Assembly: GCA_015233405.1 (NCBI GenBank)
Contig: JADFXT010000005.1
Span: 74,210 to 138,209 of the forward strand
Length of the DNA stretch: 64,000 nucleotides
Origin: Candidatus Omnitrophota bacterium
GTDB taxonomy: Bacteria > Omnitrophota > Gorgyraeia > Zapsychrales > Zapsychraceae
Reading direction: 5' to 3'
The translations under genes were made by a program, and so were the position numbers. Below the pieces are notes generated by a model. The model saw nothing but the letters and a program-made list of their open reading frames with translations, had not been told where the DNA came from and searched no databases. Numbering within the stretch: position 1 is the first letter of the stretch; every line of letters begins with the position of its first letter. Below, in pieces: positions 50,576 to 60,396 of the stretch.

Positions 50576-52389
50576 ACATTTATATCTTAGGAATTTCAGC
50601 GTTTTATCACGACAGCGCCGCCTGCTTAATCAGAGACGGAGAGATCATCGCCGCGGCACAGGAAGAACGTTTTACCCGTAAGAAACACGATTTTTCCTTT
50701 CCGACAAACGCTGTCGAATTCTGCCTTAAAGAAGCCGGCATCACGGTTAAGAACATCAATTATGTCGCGTTTTATGACAAACCGTTCCTCAAATTTGAGC
50801 GGCTGCTTTTGACCTATCTTCAGTATGCTCCTCGAGGAATTATCTCTTTTTTAAAAGCCATGCCCTTGTGGCTAAAAGATAAACTTTTTTTAAAAGAAAC
50901 CATTCGTGAAAAATTAAATTACGACGGTGAAATCCTGTTTGCCGAGCATCATGAATCGCACGGCGCATCCGCATTTTTCCCTTCCCCTTATCAAGAAGCC
51001 GCTATTCTAACGATGGATGGTGTCGGAGAATGGGCCACAGCTTCAATTGGCGTCGGCAATGACAATTCGATGGAACTTCTGGAAGAATTGGATTTTCCGC
51101 ATTCATTAGGACTTTTATATTCCGCATTTACCTATTACACCGGCTTTCGGGTCAACTCCGGTGAATACAAACTGATGGGCTTAGCCCCATACGGCGATCC
51201 GAAATACGTCGATGTCATCAAAAAAAATCTCCTCGACATGAAGGATGACGGCTCATTTAAGCTGAATATGAAATATTTTAATTACTGCGCCGGACTTACC
51301 ATGACCAACAAAAAATTCCACGACCTTTTCGGTGCTCCGCCGCGTAAGCCGGAAAGTGAGCTCACGCAAAGAGACATGGACATCGCGCATTCCATTCAGG
51401 AAGTGACCGAAGAGATCATGTTAAAAATGGCGGCGCATGCTTATGAAATAACCAAGAAAACCAATTTATGTCTTGCCGGCGGCGTGGCGCTTAATTGCGT
51501 CGGGAATGGCAAGATCCTTAAACAAGGACTGTTTAAAAATATCTGGATTCAACCGGCGGCCGGCGATGCCGGAGGGGCCTTGGGCGCGGCACTTCTCATT
51601 TGGCATCAATATCTTAACAAACCACGCCAAGCGAATAATATTGACGATACGCAGAAAGGCTCCTATTTGGGACCGGATTATCAAAAGGAAATCGAAAACT
51701 TTATCCAAACAACAGAAACTGTTTTTGAGAAATACGACGAGACTTCTTTACCACAAAAAATCGCCCAGCTTATTGCCAATCAAAATGTTATCGGCCTTTG
51801 CCATGGGAAAATGGAATTCGGCCCGCGGGCTTTGGGCGCTCGCAGTATCATCGGAGACGCTCGCTCCCAGGCCATGCAGTCGGTCATGAACCTTAAGATC
51901 AAATTCCGCGAATCTTTCCGTCCGTTTGCGCCAAGCGTCCTAGAGGAAAAAAGTCCGGAGTATTTTGATTTAACCGGCACAAGTCCCTATATGCTTCTTG
52001 TCGCCGATGTCAAAGAAGATAAAATTCTTCAGGAATCAAAAACCACGACCAAAGAAGGCATTGAAAAACTTAAGATCAAGCGTTCCGTGATTCCGGCGGT
52101 CACGCATGTTGATTATTCCGCCAGGATTCAGACGGTATCTCAAAAACAAAATCCATTTTTTTACAACATTATCAAAGAATTCGACAAACTGACCGGCTGT
52201 CCTGTTATCATCAACACATCTTTTAACGTGCGAGGCGAACCGATCGTTTGTACGCCCGAAGATGCTTACCGCTGTTTTATGTGTACGGAAATGGATTATC
52301 TGGTCATTGGAAATTATCTGTTTGAAAGGCTCAAGCAGCCCAATCGCGATAAATATCAACTTCAACACATTTCAAGGGTGATGGATTAG
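50572..52389 (+). CDS. carbamoyltransferase (NodU/CmcH family)
   Basis: ILGISAFYHDSAACLIRDGEIIAAAQEERFTRKKHD N-terminal hallmark. LAGGVALNCVGN. C-terminal PVIINTSFNVRGEPIV. Confidence 0.85.
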   Translation: MNIYILGISAFYHDSAACLIRDGEIIAAAQEERFTRKKHDFSFPTNAVEFCLKEAGITVKNINYVAFYDKPFLKFERLLLTYLQYAPRGIISFLKAMPLWLKDKLFLKETIREKLNYDGEILFAEHHESHGASAFFPSPYQEAAILTMDGVGEWATASIGVGNDNSMELLEELDFPHSLGLLYSAFTYYTGFRVNSGEYKLMGLAPYGDPKYVDVIKKNLLDMKDDGSFKLNMKYFNYCAGLTMTNKKFHDLFGAPPRKPESELTQRDMDIAHSIQEVTEEIMLKMAAHAYEITKKTNLCLAGGVALNCVGNGKILKQGLFKNIWIQPAAGDAGGALGAALLIWHQYLNKPRQANNIDDTQKGSYLGPDYQKEIENFIQTTETVFEKYDETSLPQKIAQLIANQNVIGLCHGKMEFGPRALGARSIIGDARSQAMQSVMNLKIKFRESFRPFAPSVLEEKSPEYFDLTGTSPYMLLVADVKEDKILQESKTTTKEGIEKLKIKRSVIPAVTHVDYSARIQTVSQKQNPFFYNIIKEFDKLTGCPVIINTSFNVRGEPIVCTPEDAYRCFMCTEMDYLVIGNYLFERLKQPNRDKYQLQHISRVMD

Positions 52390-52390
52390 C

Positions 52391-52789
52391 ATGAACAAAG
52401 AACGAAAAAATCTTTTAGTCTTTGGTTACGGCCTCGCCGTCATCTTAAGCTTTATAGCGATTCGCCTTTGGATCAAACACGGGATTAGTCCGATCAAAAT
52501 TATTCTCTTAATCCTCGCGGGAATTTTCTTTTTTATTTCTCTGATCAAAGTCGAACTTATCAAACCATTTTATAAGAAATGGATGGTCGTAGCAGAGACC
52601 ATCGGCAACATAATAACGCACGCGATTTTTATCATTATTTTTACATTTATTTTCTCGCCCGTCGGAATTATCCTGCGGATTCTTAAAAAAGACCCGCTTC
52701 AAGAAAAAATTGACATCAAAGCAAAATCCTATTGGAAAAAGAAAGTTATCCATAATAAAGATCTTAACCGTTATCAACAACAATTTTAA
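52391..52789 (+). CDS. small 3-TM membrane protein (SxtJ-like, commonly next to carbamoyltransferases)
   Basis: 132 aa, hydrophobic, starts 2 nt after the carbamoyltransferase stop. The family call is from memory of this gene-order pattern. Confidence 0.45.
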   Translation: MNKERKNLLVFGYGLAVILSFIAIRLWIKHGISPIKIILLILAGIFFFISLIKVELIKPFYKKWMVVAETIGNIITHAIFIIIFTFIFSPVGIILRILKKDPLQEKIDIKAKSYWKKKVIHNKDLNRYQQQF

Positions 52790-52799
52790 GGAGAGAAGC

Positions 52800-52958
52800 A
52801 TGTCTAAAATGGCCATTCTAAAAGAATTCTGGGATTTTATAAAGGTGAGAAAACGTTACTGGCTATTGCCTATCATTATTATCCTTGGGCTTATCAGCAT
52901 CCTAATTGTTTTAACGCAAGGCTCGGCTTTATCCCCGTTTATTTATACTTTATTCTAA
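52800..52958 (+). CDS. tiny single-TM protein (DUF5989-like)
   Basis: MSKMAILKEFWDFIKVRKRYWLLPIIIILGLISILIVLTQGSALSPFIYTLF. RBS aaggagag. The track start at 52710 is rejected because it overlaps the upstream gene. Confidence 0.5.
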   Translation: MSKMAILKEFWDFIKVRKRYWLLPIIIILGLISILIVLTQGSALSPFIYTLF

Positions 52959-53236
52959 TGAAAGACGACGAGAAGTACCAGAACCTTCAAGAATCTCAAC
53001 TTAAAGAATGGGAGGCATCATGCCTTCGCTGCGGAGCCTGCTGTGGGACTGAAGATGGCGACCCTTGTGAATATTTGATGAAACTGGCTGATAAAGACGA
53101 ATATTATTGCCAAATTTATGAAAACCGCTTTGGTTTGCATAAAACTAAGAACGGTAAGCCGTTTAAATGTGTTCCTTTAAGGAATATTCTCCACAAAACC
53201 TGGCCGGGTGACTCTCGGTGCCGATATAAAGCTTAA
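52958..53236 (+). CDS. small Cys-rich protein (YkgJ/UPF0153-like putative Zn/Fe-binding)
   Basis: CLRCGACCG (C-x-x-C-x-x-C-C) plus distal Cys residues. 92 aa. Confidence 0.45.
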   Translation: MKDDEKYQNLQESQLKEWEASCLRCGACCGTEDGDPCEYLMKLADKDEYYCQIYENRFGLHKTKNGKPFKCVPLRNILHKTWPGDSRCRYKA

Positions 53237-53249
53237 AAAACAGAACCCC

Positions 53250-53278
53250 TTGCAATACGGAATTTTTCATATTATAAT
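53250..53278 (+). promoter_or_regulatory. candidate strong promoter for gltA
   Basis: TTGCAA (53250-53255), 17-nt spacer, perfect TATAAT (53273-53278). Confidence 0.55.
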
Positions 53279-53336
53279 GACGCCGCTTTAAATAAGAGAT
53301 AATATTACTAATTTATCTGCTTAATTGGAGGAAGAC

Positions 53337-54632
53337 ATGTCAGACAATATCGCCAAAATCATTTTAGACGGAAAAACTTACGAACTTCCTGTTGTCGTCG
53401 GGACCATGGGAGAGAAGGCTGTTGATATCTCCAAACTCCGAGACATGACCGGTTACATCACACTCGATAATGGTTTTGCCAACACCGGAGCATGTAAGAG
53501 CGCCATTACGTTCTTAGACGGAGAGAATGGGATTCTGAATTATCGCGGCATCACGATTGAGGAATTGGCAGAAGAATCCACCTTTATTGAGACGGCATTT
53601 CTCTTGATTTATGGCCATTTACCAAATGAACAGGAACTGAACCGTTTTTCCGATGGTCTGACACGTTTTTCCATGATCCACGAAGACCTTAAAGGATTCT
53701 TTAACGGATATCCTTCGAGCGGACATCCGATGGGAATCTTATCAGCCATGATCGGTTCTCTGGCCGCCTATTACCCGGAACTAGTCAAGCCCGATCCTTC
53801 TCGGGAAGAAGTCGACAGCATCGTTGTCGAACTTATATCCAAAGTGCGGACCATCAGCGCGTTTTCCTATAAAAAATCCCGAGGCGAACCATATGTTTAT
53901 CCGCGCCATGATTTGAAATATATCCCGAATTTTCTAAATATGATGTTTTCTTCACCGGCCAAGGAATATGAAATCAATGAAATTGTCGTGGATGCGCTTC
54001 AAACGTTATTCATTCTTCACGCCGATCATGAACAAAATTGCAGCACATCAACGGTGCGTCTTGTGGGAAGTTCTAAGGCCAACCTTTTCGCGTCCATTTC
54101 CGCTGGTATTAACGCGTTATGGGGACCGCTCCATGGCGGCGCCAATCAGAGCGTATTTACCATGCTCACCCAAATCCAAAAAGAGGGTGGAGACATCCAT
54201 AAGTTTATAAACAAAGCCAAAGACTCCAATGATCCATTTCGGCTCATGGGCTTCGGCCATCGCGTCTATAAAAATTTTGACCCGCGGGCAAAAATTATCA
54301 AAAGGAAAGCTGATGCGGTCCTCAATGATTTGGGAATTCATGACCCGCTGCTTGATTTAGCCAAACGCCTTGAGGAAGTGGCCTTGAAAGATTCCTATTT
54401 TATCGAGAAGAAACTGTATCCCAATGTCGATTTCTATAGCGGCATCATTTATAAAGCCATCGGTATTCCAGAAGATATGTATCCGGTCATGTTCGCTATC
54501 GGACGACTCCCGGGATGGGTCGCACACTGGAAAGAAATGATTGAAAATCCAAAAAATAAGATCGGCCGTCCGCGCCAAATCTATACAGGAGAAGTCAATC
54601 AACATTACATCCCTATCGAGAAAAGAAGCTAA
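53337..54632 (+). CDS. gltA: citrate synthase
   Basis: LHADHEQNCSTSTVR, GPLHGGAN and MGFGHRVYKNFDPR catalytic segments. ATG at 53337 with RBS ggagga. Confidence 0.92.
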   Translation: MSDNIAKIILDGKTYELPVVVGTMGEKAVDISKLRDMTGYITLDNGFANTGACKSAITFLDGENGILNYRGITIEELAEESTFIETAFLLIYGHLPNEQELNRFSDGLTRFSMIHEDLKGFFNGYPSSGHPMGILSAMIGSLAAYYPELVKPDPSREEVDSIVVELISKVRTISAFSYKKSRGEPYVYPRHDLKYIPNFLNMMFSSPAKEYEINEIVVDALQTLFILHADHEQNCSTSTVRLVGSSKANLFASISAGINALWGPLHGGANQSVFTMLTQIQKEGGDIHKFINKAKDSNDPFRLMGFGHRVYKNFDPRAKIIKRKADAVLNDLGIHDPLLDLAKRLEEVALKDSYFIEKKLYPNVDFYSGIIYKAIGIPEDMYPVMFAIGRLPGWVAHWKEMIENPKNKIGRPRQIYTGEVNQHYIPIEKRS

Positions 54633-54635
54633 TTT

Positions 54636-56099
54636 ATGACAGCCACATCTATCAATTTTACAAAAACGCTTCATCTCGATAAACAAGCCGTTATCATTCT
54701 TTTAACGGAAGAACAGGCAAAAGAAAAAAGCCTTCTTCACATCACAGGGAAGATCAAAGCAAAAGTTCTCGAGGCCATTAAATCCGGGCAATTCAAAGGG
54801 GAAAATGGCGAACAATTCCCTTTACTAATCGATGGGAAACTCATTCTTCTTGCCGGAGCTGGAAAAGAAGAGGGATTGTCTCTAACGGCCTTACGTATCA
54901 TTATCCGTCGAGCTCTATTGTCATCCTTCTTAAAAAATATTTCTTCTCTGGAACTCTTGCTGCATGATTCGAAAGAAGCGGCTGTTTCCGCAGCGATAGA
55001 AGGCTGCCTGATCGGCACCTATATTTGGAAAAAACATAAAACACAAAACGAGAAAGATAAAACAGCAGAAAAGAAAACTATTTTTATCGTCGCTGAGAAG
55101 AAGCCTCATCATGAAGAAATCATTAAAATCTGTGAGGGAGTCAATCTTACCCGAGACCTCACGAACGACAATGCCGATATTGTCACGTCCGACTTCCTAG
55201 AAAAAAATATCCGTGAGATCATTAAAGGCAAAAAAAATATCCAGATAGAAGTCTTAAATAAAAAAGAGTTAACGGCCAAAGGTCTTAACCTTCATTTGGC
55301 TGTTAATCAAGGAAGCACCAAAGAGCCGAAATTGATCATCGTCAAGTACGCCGGCGACGCTAAAGATAAAAATTATACCGCCATTATCGGAAAAGGGATC
55401 ACCTTTGACACCGGCGGGCTTAATTTAAAACCGTCCGGAAGTATAGAAACTATGCGTCATGATATGGCCGGTGCGGCTGCAGTCATTGGAACGCTTAAAA
55501 ATACGTTGTCGCTAGCCTCAAAGAAAAATATCATTTTCGCCTGTGCGATTGCTGAAAATGCCATTGGCTCGCGATCTTATAAACCGGGCGATGTCATCAA
55601 AAGCTATGCCGGAAAGACCGTCGAGATTGCCAATACGGATGCCGAAGGCCGATTGGTCTTGGCCGACGCCATTGCTTACGTTAAAAAAAATTATCAACCA
55701 TCCAAGCTCATTGATATCGCCACCTTAACTGGCGCGTGTTCTGTCGCTTTAGGGAACGATTATGCGGCAATCGTCTCAACAGACGACGATCTTTTAAAGA
55801 AATTAATCATATCGTCAAAAGAAACGGACGACCGGATTTGGCAGCTTCCCAATTATGCAGAGCTCAAGGATTCCATCAGATCCCAAATTGCCGATATCAA
55901 AAACTTAGGTTTTCCCAAAGGCGTCGGCGGAACAATTACGGCCGCAGAATTCCTCCGTCAGTTTGCCGATGGAGCCAAGTGGGCGCATTTGGACATTGCC
56001 GGAACAGCGTTTGTCGAAGGAGAGAGCCGTTTGTATTTCGGTTATGGCGCGACCGGATTCGGCGTGCGATTATTAACTCATTTTCTGATAAATAGTTAA
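54636..56099 (+). CDS. pepA: leucyl aminopeptidase (M17)
   Basis: Signature NTDAEGRLVLADA. GKGITFDTGGLNLKP metal/substrate segment. Confidence 0.9.
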   Translation: MTATSINFTKTLHLDKQAVIILLTEEQAKEKSLLHITGKIKAKVLEAIKSGQFKGENGEQFPLLIDGKLILLAGAGKEEGLSLTALRIIIRRALLSSFLKNISSLELLLHDSKEAAVSAAIEGCLIGTYIWKKHKTQNEKDKTAEKKTIFIVAEKKPHHEEIIKICEGVNLTRDLTNDNADIVTSDFLEKNIREIIKGKKNIQIEVLNKKELTAKGLNLHLAVNQGSTKEPKLIIVKYAGDAKDKNYTAIIGKGITFDTGGLNLKPSGSIETMRHDMAGAAAVIGTLKNTLSLASKKNIIFACAIAENAIGSRSYKPGDVIKSYAGKTVEIANTDAEGRLVLADAIAYVKKNYQPSKLIDIATLTGACSVALGNDYAAIVSTDDDLLKKLIISSKETDDRIWQLPNYAELKDSIRSQIADIKNLGFPKGVGGTITAAEFLRQFADGAKWAHLDIAGTAFVEGESRLYFGYGATGFGVRLLTHFLINS

Positions 56100-56112
56100 T
56101 GCTTCACTCCTG

Positions 56113-56204
56113 TCATTCCCGCGAAAGCGGGAATCCAGGATATGGATTAAGCCTAAATAGAAATTCAAAAGAAACAATGGATCCCCGCTTTCGCGGGGAT
56201 GACA
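56113..56204. repeat. intergenic GC-rich palindromic element (type A family): two hairpins in inverted orientation around a 42-bp AT-rich spacer
   Basis: GTCATTCCCGC-gaaa-GCGGGAATCC (56113-56137) and GGATCCCCGC-tttc-GCGGGGATGAC (56180-56204). The arms have the same sequence type as 17045-17105. Confidence 0.75.
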
Positions 56205-56216
56205 AAAGAAGGTAGA

Positions 56217-57590
56217 ATGAAATACCGCGTTGAAAAAGATAGTTTTGGCGAGATCAAAGTGCCGGCAGAAAAATATTACGGCGCGCAGACGGCCAGGTCT
56301 CTAAAAAATTTCGCTATTGGGCGAGAAACATTCCCATCTGAATTTATCCAAGCCTTAGGGATTATCAAAAAAGCGGCCGCACTGACCAACCAAGAGCTCA
56401 GGATTTTACCTTCAATAAAAGTTTCTCTCATTGTTAAAGCTGCTGATGAAATCATTGACGGAAAGCTCAACGATCACTTTCCCTTGTCCATTTGGCAAAC
56501 CGGTAGCGGCACGCAAACCAATATGAATGCCAACGAAGTCATTGCCAACCGCGCCATGAAATTAGCCGGAGGAAAAGTCCGTATTCATCCCAACGACGAT
56601 GTGAACCGCTGTCAATCTTCCAATGACGTTATTCCAACAGCCATGCACGTTTCAGCCGTTCAAGAAATTTATGCGGAGCTTGTTCCTGCCGTTAAAAATT
56701 TACGCGATAGCCTAACTAAGAAAAATAAAGAATTTAAGACGATCGTTAAAATCGGACGGACCCATTTGATGGATGCAACCCCAATCACGTTAGGGCAGGA
56801 ATTTTCCGGCTACGCCCAACAGATGACGAATGGGTTAAAACGAATCGAGAAATCTTTACCATCCTTGTATGAACTTGCATTAGGCGGGACAGCTGTTGGC
56901 ACAGGATTAAACAGCCATCCGCAATTTGCTAAAAAGGCCGCCCAGAAAATTGCCCAACTGACAAAGAAACCATTTGTGAGCGCACCAAACAAATTTGAAG
57001 CGTTAGCCTCTCATGATGGAATTGTAGAATTTAGCGGAACGTTGAAAACATTAGCTGTTTCTTTGATGAAGATCGCCAATGATATCCGGTTTCTTGCCTC
57101 AGGTCCAAGATGTGGGATAGGAGAGCTCATTCTACCAGCGAATGAACCCGGAAGCTCCATCATGCCTGGAAAAGTCAATCCGACACAATGTGAAGCCATG
57201 ACCATGGTCTGCGCTCAAGTCATTGGTAATGATACAACAATCACACTCGCAGGCGCTTGTGGACAATTAGAACTCAACGTCTTTAAACCGGTTATCATCT
57301 ATAACCTGCTTCAATCCATCAAACTTTTATCCGATGCGTGTAATAGCTTCAACGATAACTGCATTGTCGGGATTAAGCCCAATACAACAAAAATCAAAGA
57401 CAATCTGGATAAATCGCTCATGCTCATTACAGCGCTTACTCCCAAAATTGGTTATGATAATGCCGCGTTAGTTGCAAAGAAAGCTCATCAAGAAAATCTC
57501 ACGCTTAAACAAGCCGCTGTTTCCCTTAAAATGCTCACTGCAAAAGAATTTGATTCCCTCGTAAACCCTCGAAAGATGCTCCATCCTTAA
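56217..57590 (+). CDS. fumC: class II fumarate hydratase
   Basis: Signature [17 protein letters not shown]-terminus [12 protein letters not shown] is typical. The track start at 56199 lies inside the palindromic repeat and is rejected. RBS agaagg sits before 56217. Confidence 0.92.
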   Translation: MKYRVEKDSFGEIKVPAEKYYGAQTARSLKNFAIGRETFPSEFIQALGIIKKAAALTNQELRILPSIKVSLIVKAADEIIDGKLNDHFPLSIWQTGSGTQTNMNANEVIANRAMKLAGGKVRIHPNDDVNRCQSSNDVIPTAMHVSAVQEIYAELVPAVKNLRDSLTKKNKEFKTIVKIGRTHLMDATPITLGQEFSGYAQQMTNGLKRIEKSLPSLYELALGGTAVGTGLNSHPQFAKKAAQKIAQLTKKPFVSAPNKFEALASHDGIVEFSGTLKTLAVSLMKIANDIRFLASGPRCGIGELILPANEPGSSIMPGKVNPTQCEAMTMVCAQVIGNDTTITLAGACGQLELNVFKPVIIYNLLQSIKLLSDACNSFNDNCIVGIKPNTTKIKDNLDKSLMLITALTPKIGYDNAALVAKKAHQENLTLKQAAVSLKMLTAKEFDSLVNPRKMLHP

Positions 57591-57626
57591 GAAGCATTCG
57601 TAACCTTTTGCCCCATAACAATTTAC

Positions 57627-57655
57627 TTGACGAATTCCGATCTACCGTATATACT
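57627..57655 (+). promoter_or_regulatory. candidate promoter for the PilZ gene
   Basis: TTGACG (57627-57632), 17-nt spacer, TATACT (57650-57655). Confidence 0.5.
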
Positions 57656-57687
57656 TATTTTCCCTTGTCACTTTTTTAAGGAGAATT

Positions 57688-58071
57688 ATGGTTAAACAAG
57701 CAAATGCAGAACGTAGACGTTGGCTAAGAGCCAAAAGGGTTTTGAGTGTTCAGCATCGTTTGGCAAAACCCCAGAATGACGCCTCGAACAATCCTTGGCA
57801 TTTATCTACTACCTATGATATGAGCCTTGGAGGGCTTGCATTTTACTCTGATGTCGAATATCGCATCGGAGACGTCCTCGAAGTTCATGTTGTTATGTCC
57901 GGACTCCTGGACATTTTTAAAGGAAATGGAAAAATCGTTCGCATCGAAAGAAAAAAAACCGGCGTTTATTTCCTTATTGCTCTTAAGTTCCTCGAGAATT
58001 CCAAGACAAGAAGAGCGAAAACCTACAAGTCTCGCGCAAAAATTCAACTCCGTAGCCTTAAAAGAATCTAA
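57688..58071 (+). CDS. PilZ-domain protein
   Basis: ERRRWLRAKR (RxxxR) and DMSLGGLAF (D-x-S-x-x-G). RBS aaggag. Confidence 0.7.
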   Translation: MVKQANAERRRWLRAKRVLSVQHRLAKPQNDASNNPWHLSTTYDMSLGGLAFYSDVEYRIGDVLEVHVVMSGLLDIFKGNGKIVRIERKKTGVYFLIALKFLENSKTRRAKTYKSRAKIQLRSLKRI

Positions 58072-58086
58072 CCAAGCATATTTCTT

Positions 58087-58677
58087 ATGAAAACCGCCAT
58101 CATATTTCACAGTGTCTGTGGGAATGATTATCTTCTTGCTCGAACTTTTTTTGAAGCTTTTATCAAAAGAGGACAAAAAGATACTGAACTCTATCGCGTC
58201 TCAGATGACGACTGGAAAGACCAGCTGGACCTTCCTGAAGCAACCAGAAAACATTTAAGCGACATGTTCAGTCTTCCTGTTGCCACACCGGAAGTCCTTC
58301 TCGATAAAGACCTTATCCTGATGGGCGCGCCGACCTATTTTGGTAATGTTTCCGCGGAAATGAAGGCTTTTATGGATGCGACGTCCTGCCATTGGTTCGA
58401 AGGAAAATTGGCCGGCAAAAAACTTGTCGCCTTTACCTCATATGGAAATTCTGAGAGTGGAGGGAGCTTATGCCTTCAATCTATCCATACCTATGGTCAA
58501 CATATGGGAATGATCTCTGTTTCTATTCCGACCACGACCGTGCCCGGAAAAATTTCTTCGCCTTACGGTGTTCTTTACAATTCCCAAGGAAAATACGGCG
58601 AGTTGCTGGATAAAGACACCATCAAATTAATTGAAAAATTTAGCGACTACTTATTAAAAATTCCTGCCTCAAGATAA
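58087..58677 (+). CDS. flavodoxin-fold NAD(P)H:quinone oxidoreductase (WrbA-like)
   Basis: AIIFHSVCGN… and GAPTYFGNVSAEMKAFMDAT parallel the WrbA segments (YYS-x-x-G; G-x-P-T-R-F-G-N-M-x-x-Q-M-x-x-F-x-D). Confidence 0.6.
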   Translation: MKTAIIFHSVCGNDYLLARTFFEAFIKRGQKDTELYRVSDDDWKDQLDLPEATRKHLSDMFSLPVATPEVLLDKDLILMGAPTYFGNVSAEMKAFMDATSCHWFEGKLAGKKLVAFTSYGNSESGGSLCLQSIHTYGQHMGMISVSIPTTTVPGKISSPYGVLYNSQGKYGELLDKDTIKLIEKFSDYLLKIPASR

Positions 58678-58744
58678 AACCTCGAAGAAAATTCCCAATA
58701 GCCTGATTTTCCCGTTATAATTATCTCTTAAAGAGGAGCCCTTG

Positions 58745-59413
58745 ATGAAAACATTTGTCATCGGAGACATTCATGGCGCCTATAAAGCCCTTCTCCAGTG
58801 CTTTGAACGGTCCCATTTTGATTACAACAACGACCGGCTGATTGCCTTAGGTGACGTCTGCGACCGTAAACCTCAGACCAAAGAGTGCATTGATGAGCTT
58901 CTTAAGATCAAACATCTGGATTATATCCTCGGTAATCATGATTTCTGGACGTTAAAATGGGCCGAAGAGGGTTTTCAAGAAAGCATTTGGCTTACACAAG
59001 GAGGATTTGAGACCATTGCCTCCTATAAAAATCAACCGATGCCTTTAAGCCATATTCATTTCTTAAAAAACGCGCATTGGTGGCTAGAAATCGACGGGAA
59101 TCTATTCATTCATGGCGGATTTGATCCTCAAATATCCCTATCAGAACAAGACAAAGAAACGTTCATCTGGGACCGCGATTTAATCCACTCGGCCATTGCC
59201 CTAAACGCTCAAAACCCTCAATGTCAGATCAGCACGTACAAAGAAATTTTTATCGGACATAACAATGTTCAATTTCTCGGGATAACGAAACCCTTGCATG
59301 TCTGCAACCTCTGGGACATGGACACCGGCGCTGGCTGGACGGGAAAATTGACCATGATGGATATAAACACAAAAGAATACTGGCAATCCGACCTCGTTAC
59401 GTTATTATATTAA
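58745..59413 (+). CDS. metallophosphoesterase (PPP-family Ser/Thr phosphatase / ApaH-like)
   Basis: GDIHG, GDVCDR, GNHD and HGG motifs in canonical order. Confidence 0.75.
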   Translation: MKTFVIGDIHGAYKALLQCFERSHFDYNNDRLIALGDVCDRKPQTKECIDELLKIKHLDYILGNHDFWTLKWAEEGFQESIWLTQGGFETIASYKNQPMPLSHIHFLKNAHWWLEIDGNLFIHGGFDPQISLSEQDKETFIWDRDLIHSAIALNAQNPQCQISTYKEIFIGHNNVQFLGITKPLHVCNLWDMDTGAGWTGKLTMMDINTKEYWQSDLVTLLY

Positions 59414-59562
59414 CGGTTCATTTTTGCCTTTTTTAAACGCAGGCTTTTTGATATCATGGAGCTTAACAGATAAATTCGTTATATCTCTATCTTTTCTAAA
59501 TTTTTCCTCGCGAACATCCCCGTAGCAGGGCGATGTGGTATTCTGCGGAGGGGGATGAAAAT

Positions 59563-60396
59563 ATGAACACAATCATCGAAAACAAACAGCTGTCAGAGAA
59601 CGTCTTTCAAATCACTCTTGAAGCGCCAATGATCGCCGAGTCCAGAAAGCCCGGACAATTTATTCTCCTACAGGTCCACGAAGATGGCGAACGAATCCCC
59701 TTAACCATTGCCGACGTCGATATAAAAGCCGGGACGATAACGCTCATTGTCCAGGTCGCAGGAAAAACGACCCATTTATTGTCCCAATTAAAATCTGGTG
59801 AGAGTATTTTTTATGTCGTCGGGCCCTTGGGCAATCCGACGCACATTGACTATTTCGGACGAGTTATTTGTATCGGTGGCGGGATCGGGACTGCGCCACT
59901 ATATCCAATCGCCAAGGCGCTCAAAGAAAAAGGGAATTACCTGATTACCATTTTAGGCGCTCGGACAAAAAACCTTTTTATCCTCGAAGATAAAATGAAA
60001 GCCGTCTCGGATGAATTTATTATTTGCACCGACGACGGCAGTTATGGACAAAAAGGATTGGTCACCCAGCCATTAAAAGAACTCTGCGAAAAAACTCCCA
60101 AGCCTGATTTGGTTGTTGCCATTGGCCCAGCGATCATGATGAAATTCTGTGCGGAAACGACACGGCCATTTCATATTAAAACACTTGTTTCACTCAATAC
60201 CATCATGGTCGACGGAACGGGCATGTGCGGCGGCTGCCGTGTGAGTGTCGGGGGCAAAGCGCAATTTGTTTGTGTCGACGGGCCTGAATTCGACGGACAT
60301 TTGGTTGATTTTCAAAATATGATGCAAAGGCTGAGCGCGTACAAAAAACAAGAAGAGCTCAAATATCACGAGTGTAAACTAAAAAATATCCGATGA
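59563..60396 (+). CDS. FAD/NAD(P)-binding [2Fe-2S] oxidoreductase subunit (PyrK-like; NfnA / sulfide dehydrogenase beta type)
   Basis: RIPLTIAD flavin-binding R-x-x-[ST] type segment, GGGIGTAP, and a C-terminal C-x-x-C…C cluster (MCGGCRV…FVCVDGPEF). ATG at 59563. Confidence 0.7.
   Translation: MNTIIENKQLSENVFQITLEAPMIAESRKPGQFILLQVHEDGERIPLTIADVDIKAGTITLIVQVAGKTTHLLSQLKSGESIFYVVGPLGNPTHIDYFGRVICIGGGIGTAPLYPIAKALKEKGNYLITILGARTKNLFILEDKMKAVSDEFIICTDDGSYGQKGLVTQPLKELCEKTPKPDLVVAIGPAIMMKFCAETTRPFHIKTLVSLNTIMVDGTGMCGGCRVSVGGKAQFVCVDGPEFDGHLVDFQNMMQRLSAYKKQEELKYHECKLKNIR

Noticed and set aside
56199-56216. ATG at 56199 as the fumC start.
   Set aside because: It lies inside the palindromic repeat arm (…GCGGGGATGAC). 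The typical class II fumarase N-terminus [12 protein letters not shown] begins at 56217 with an AGAAGG RBS.
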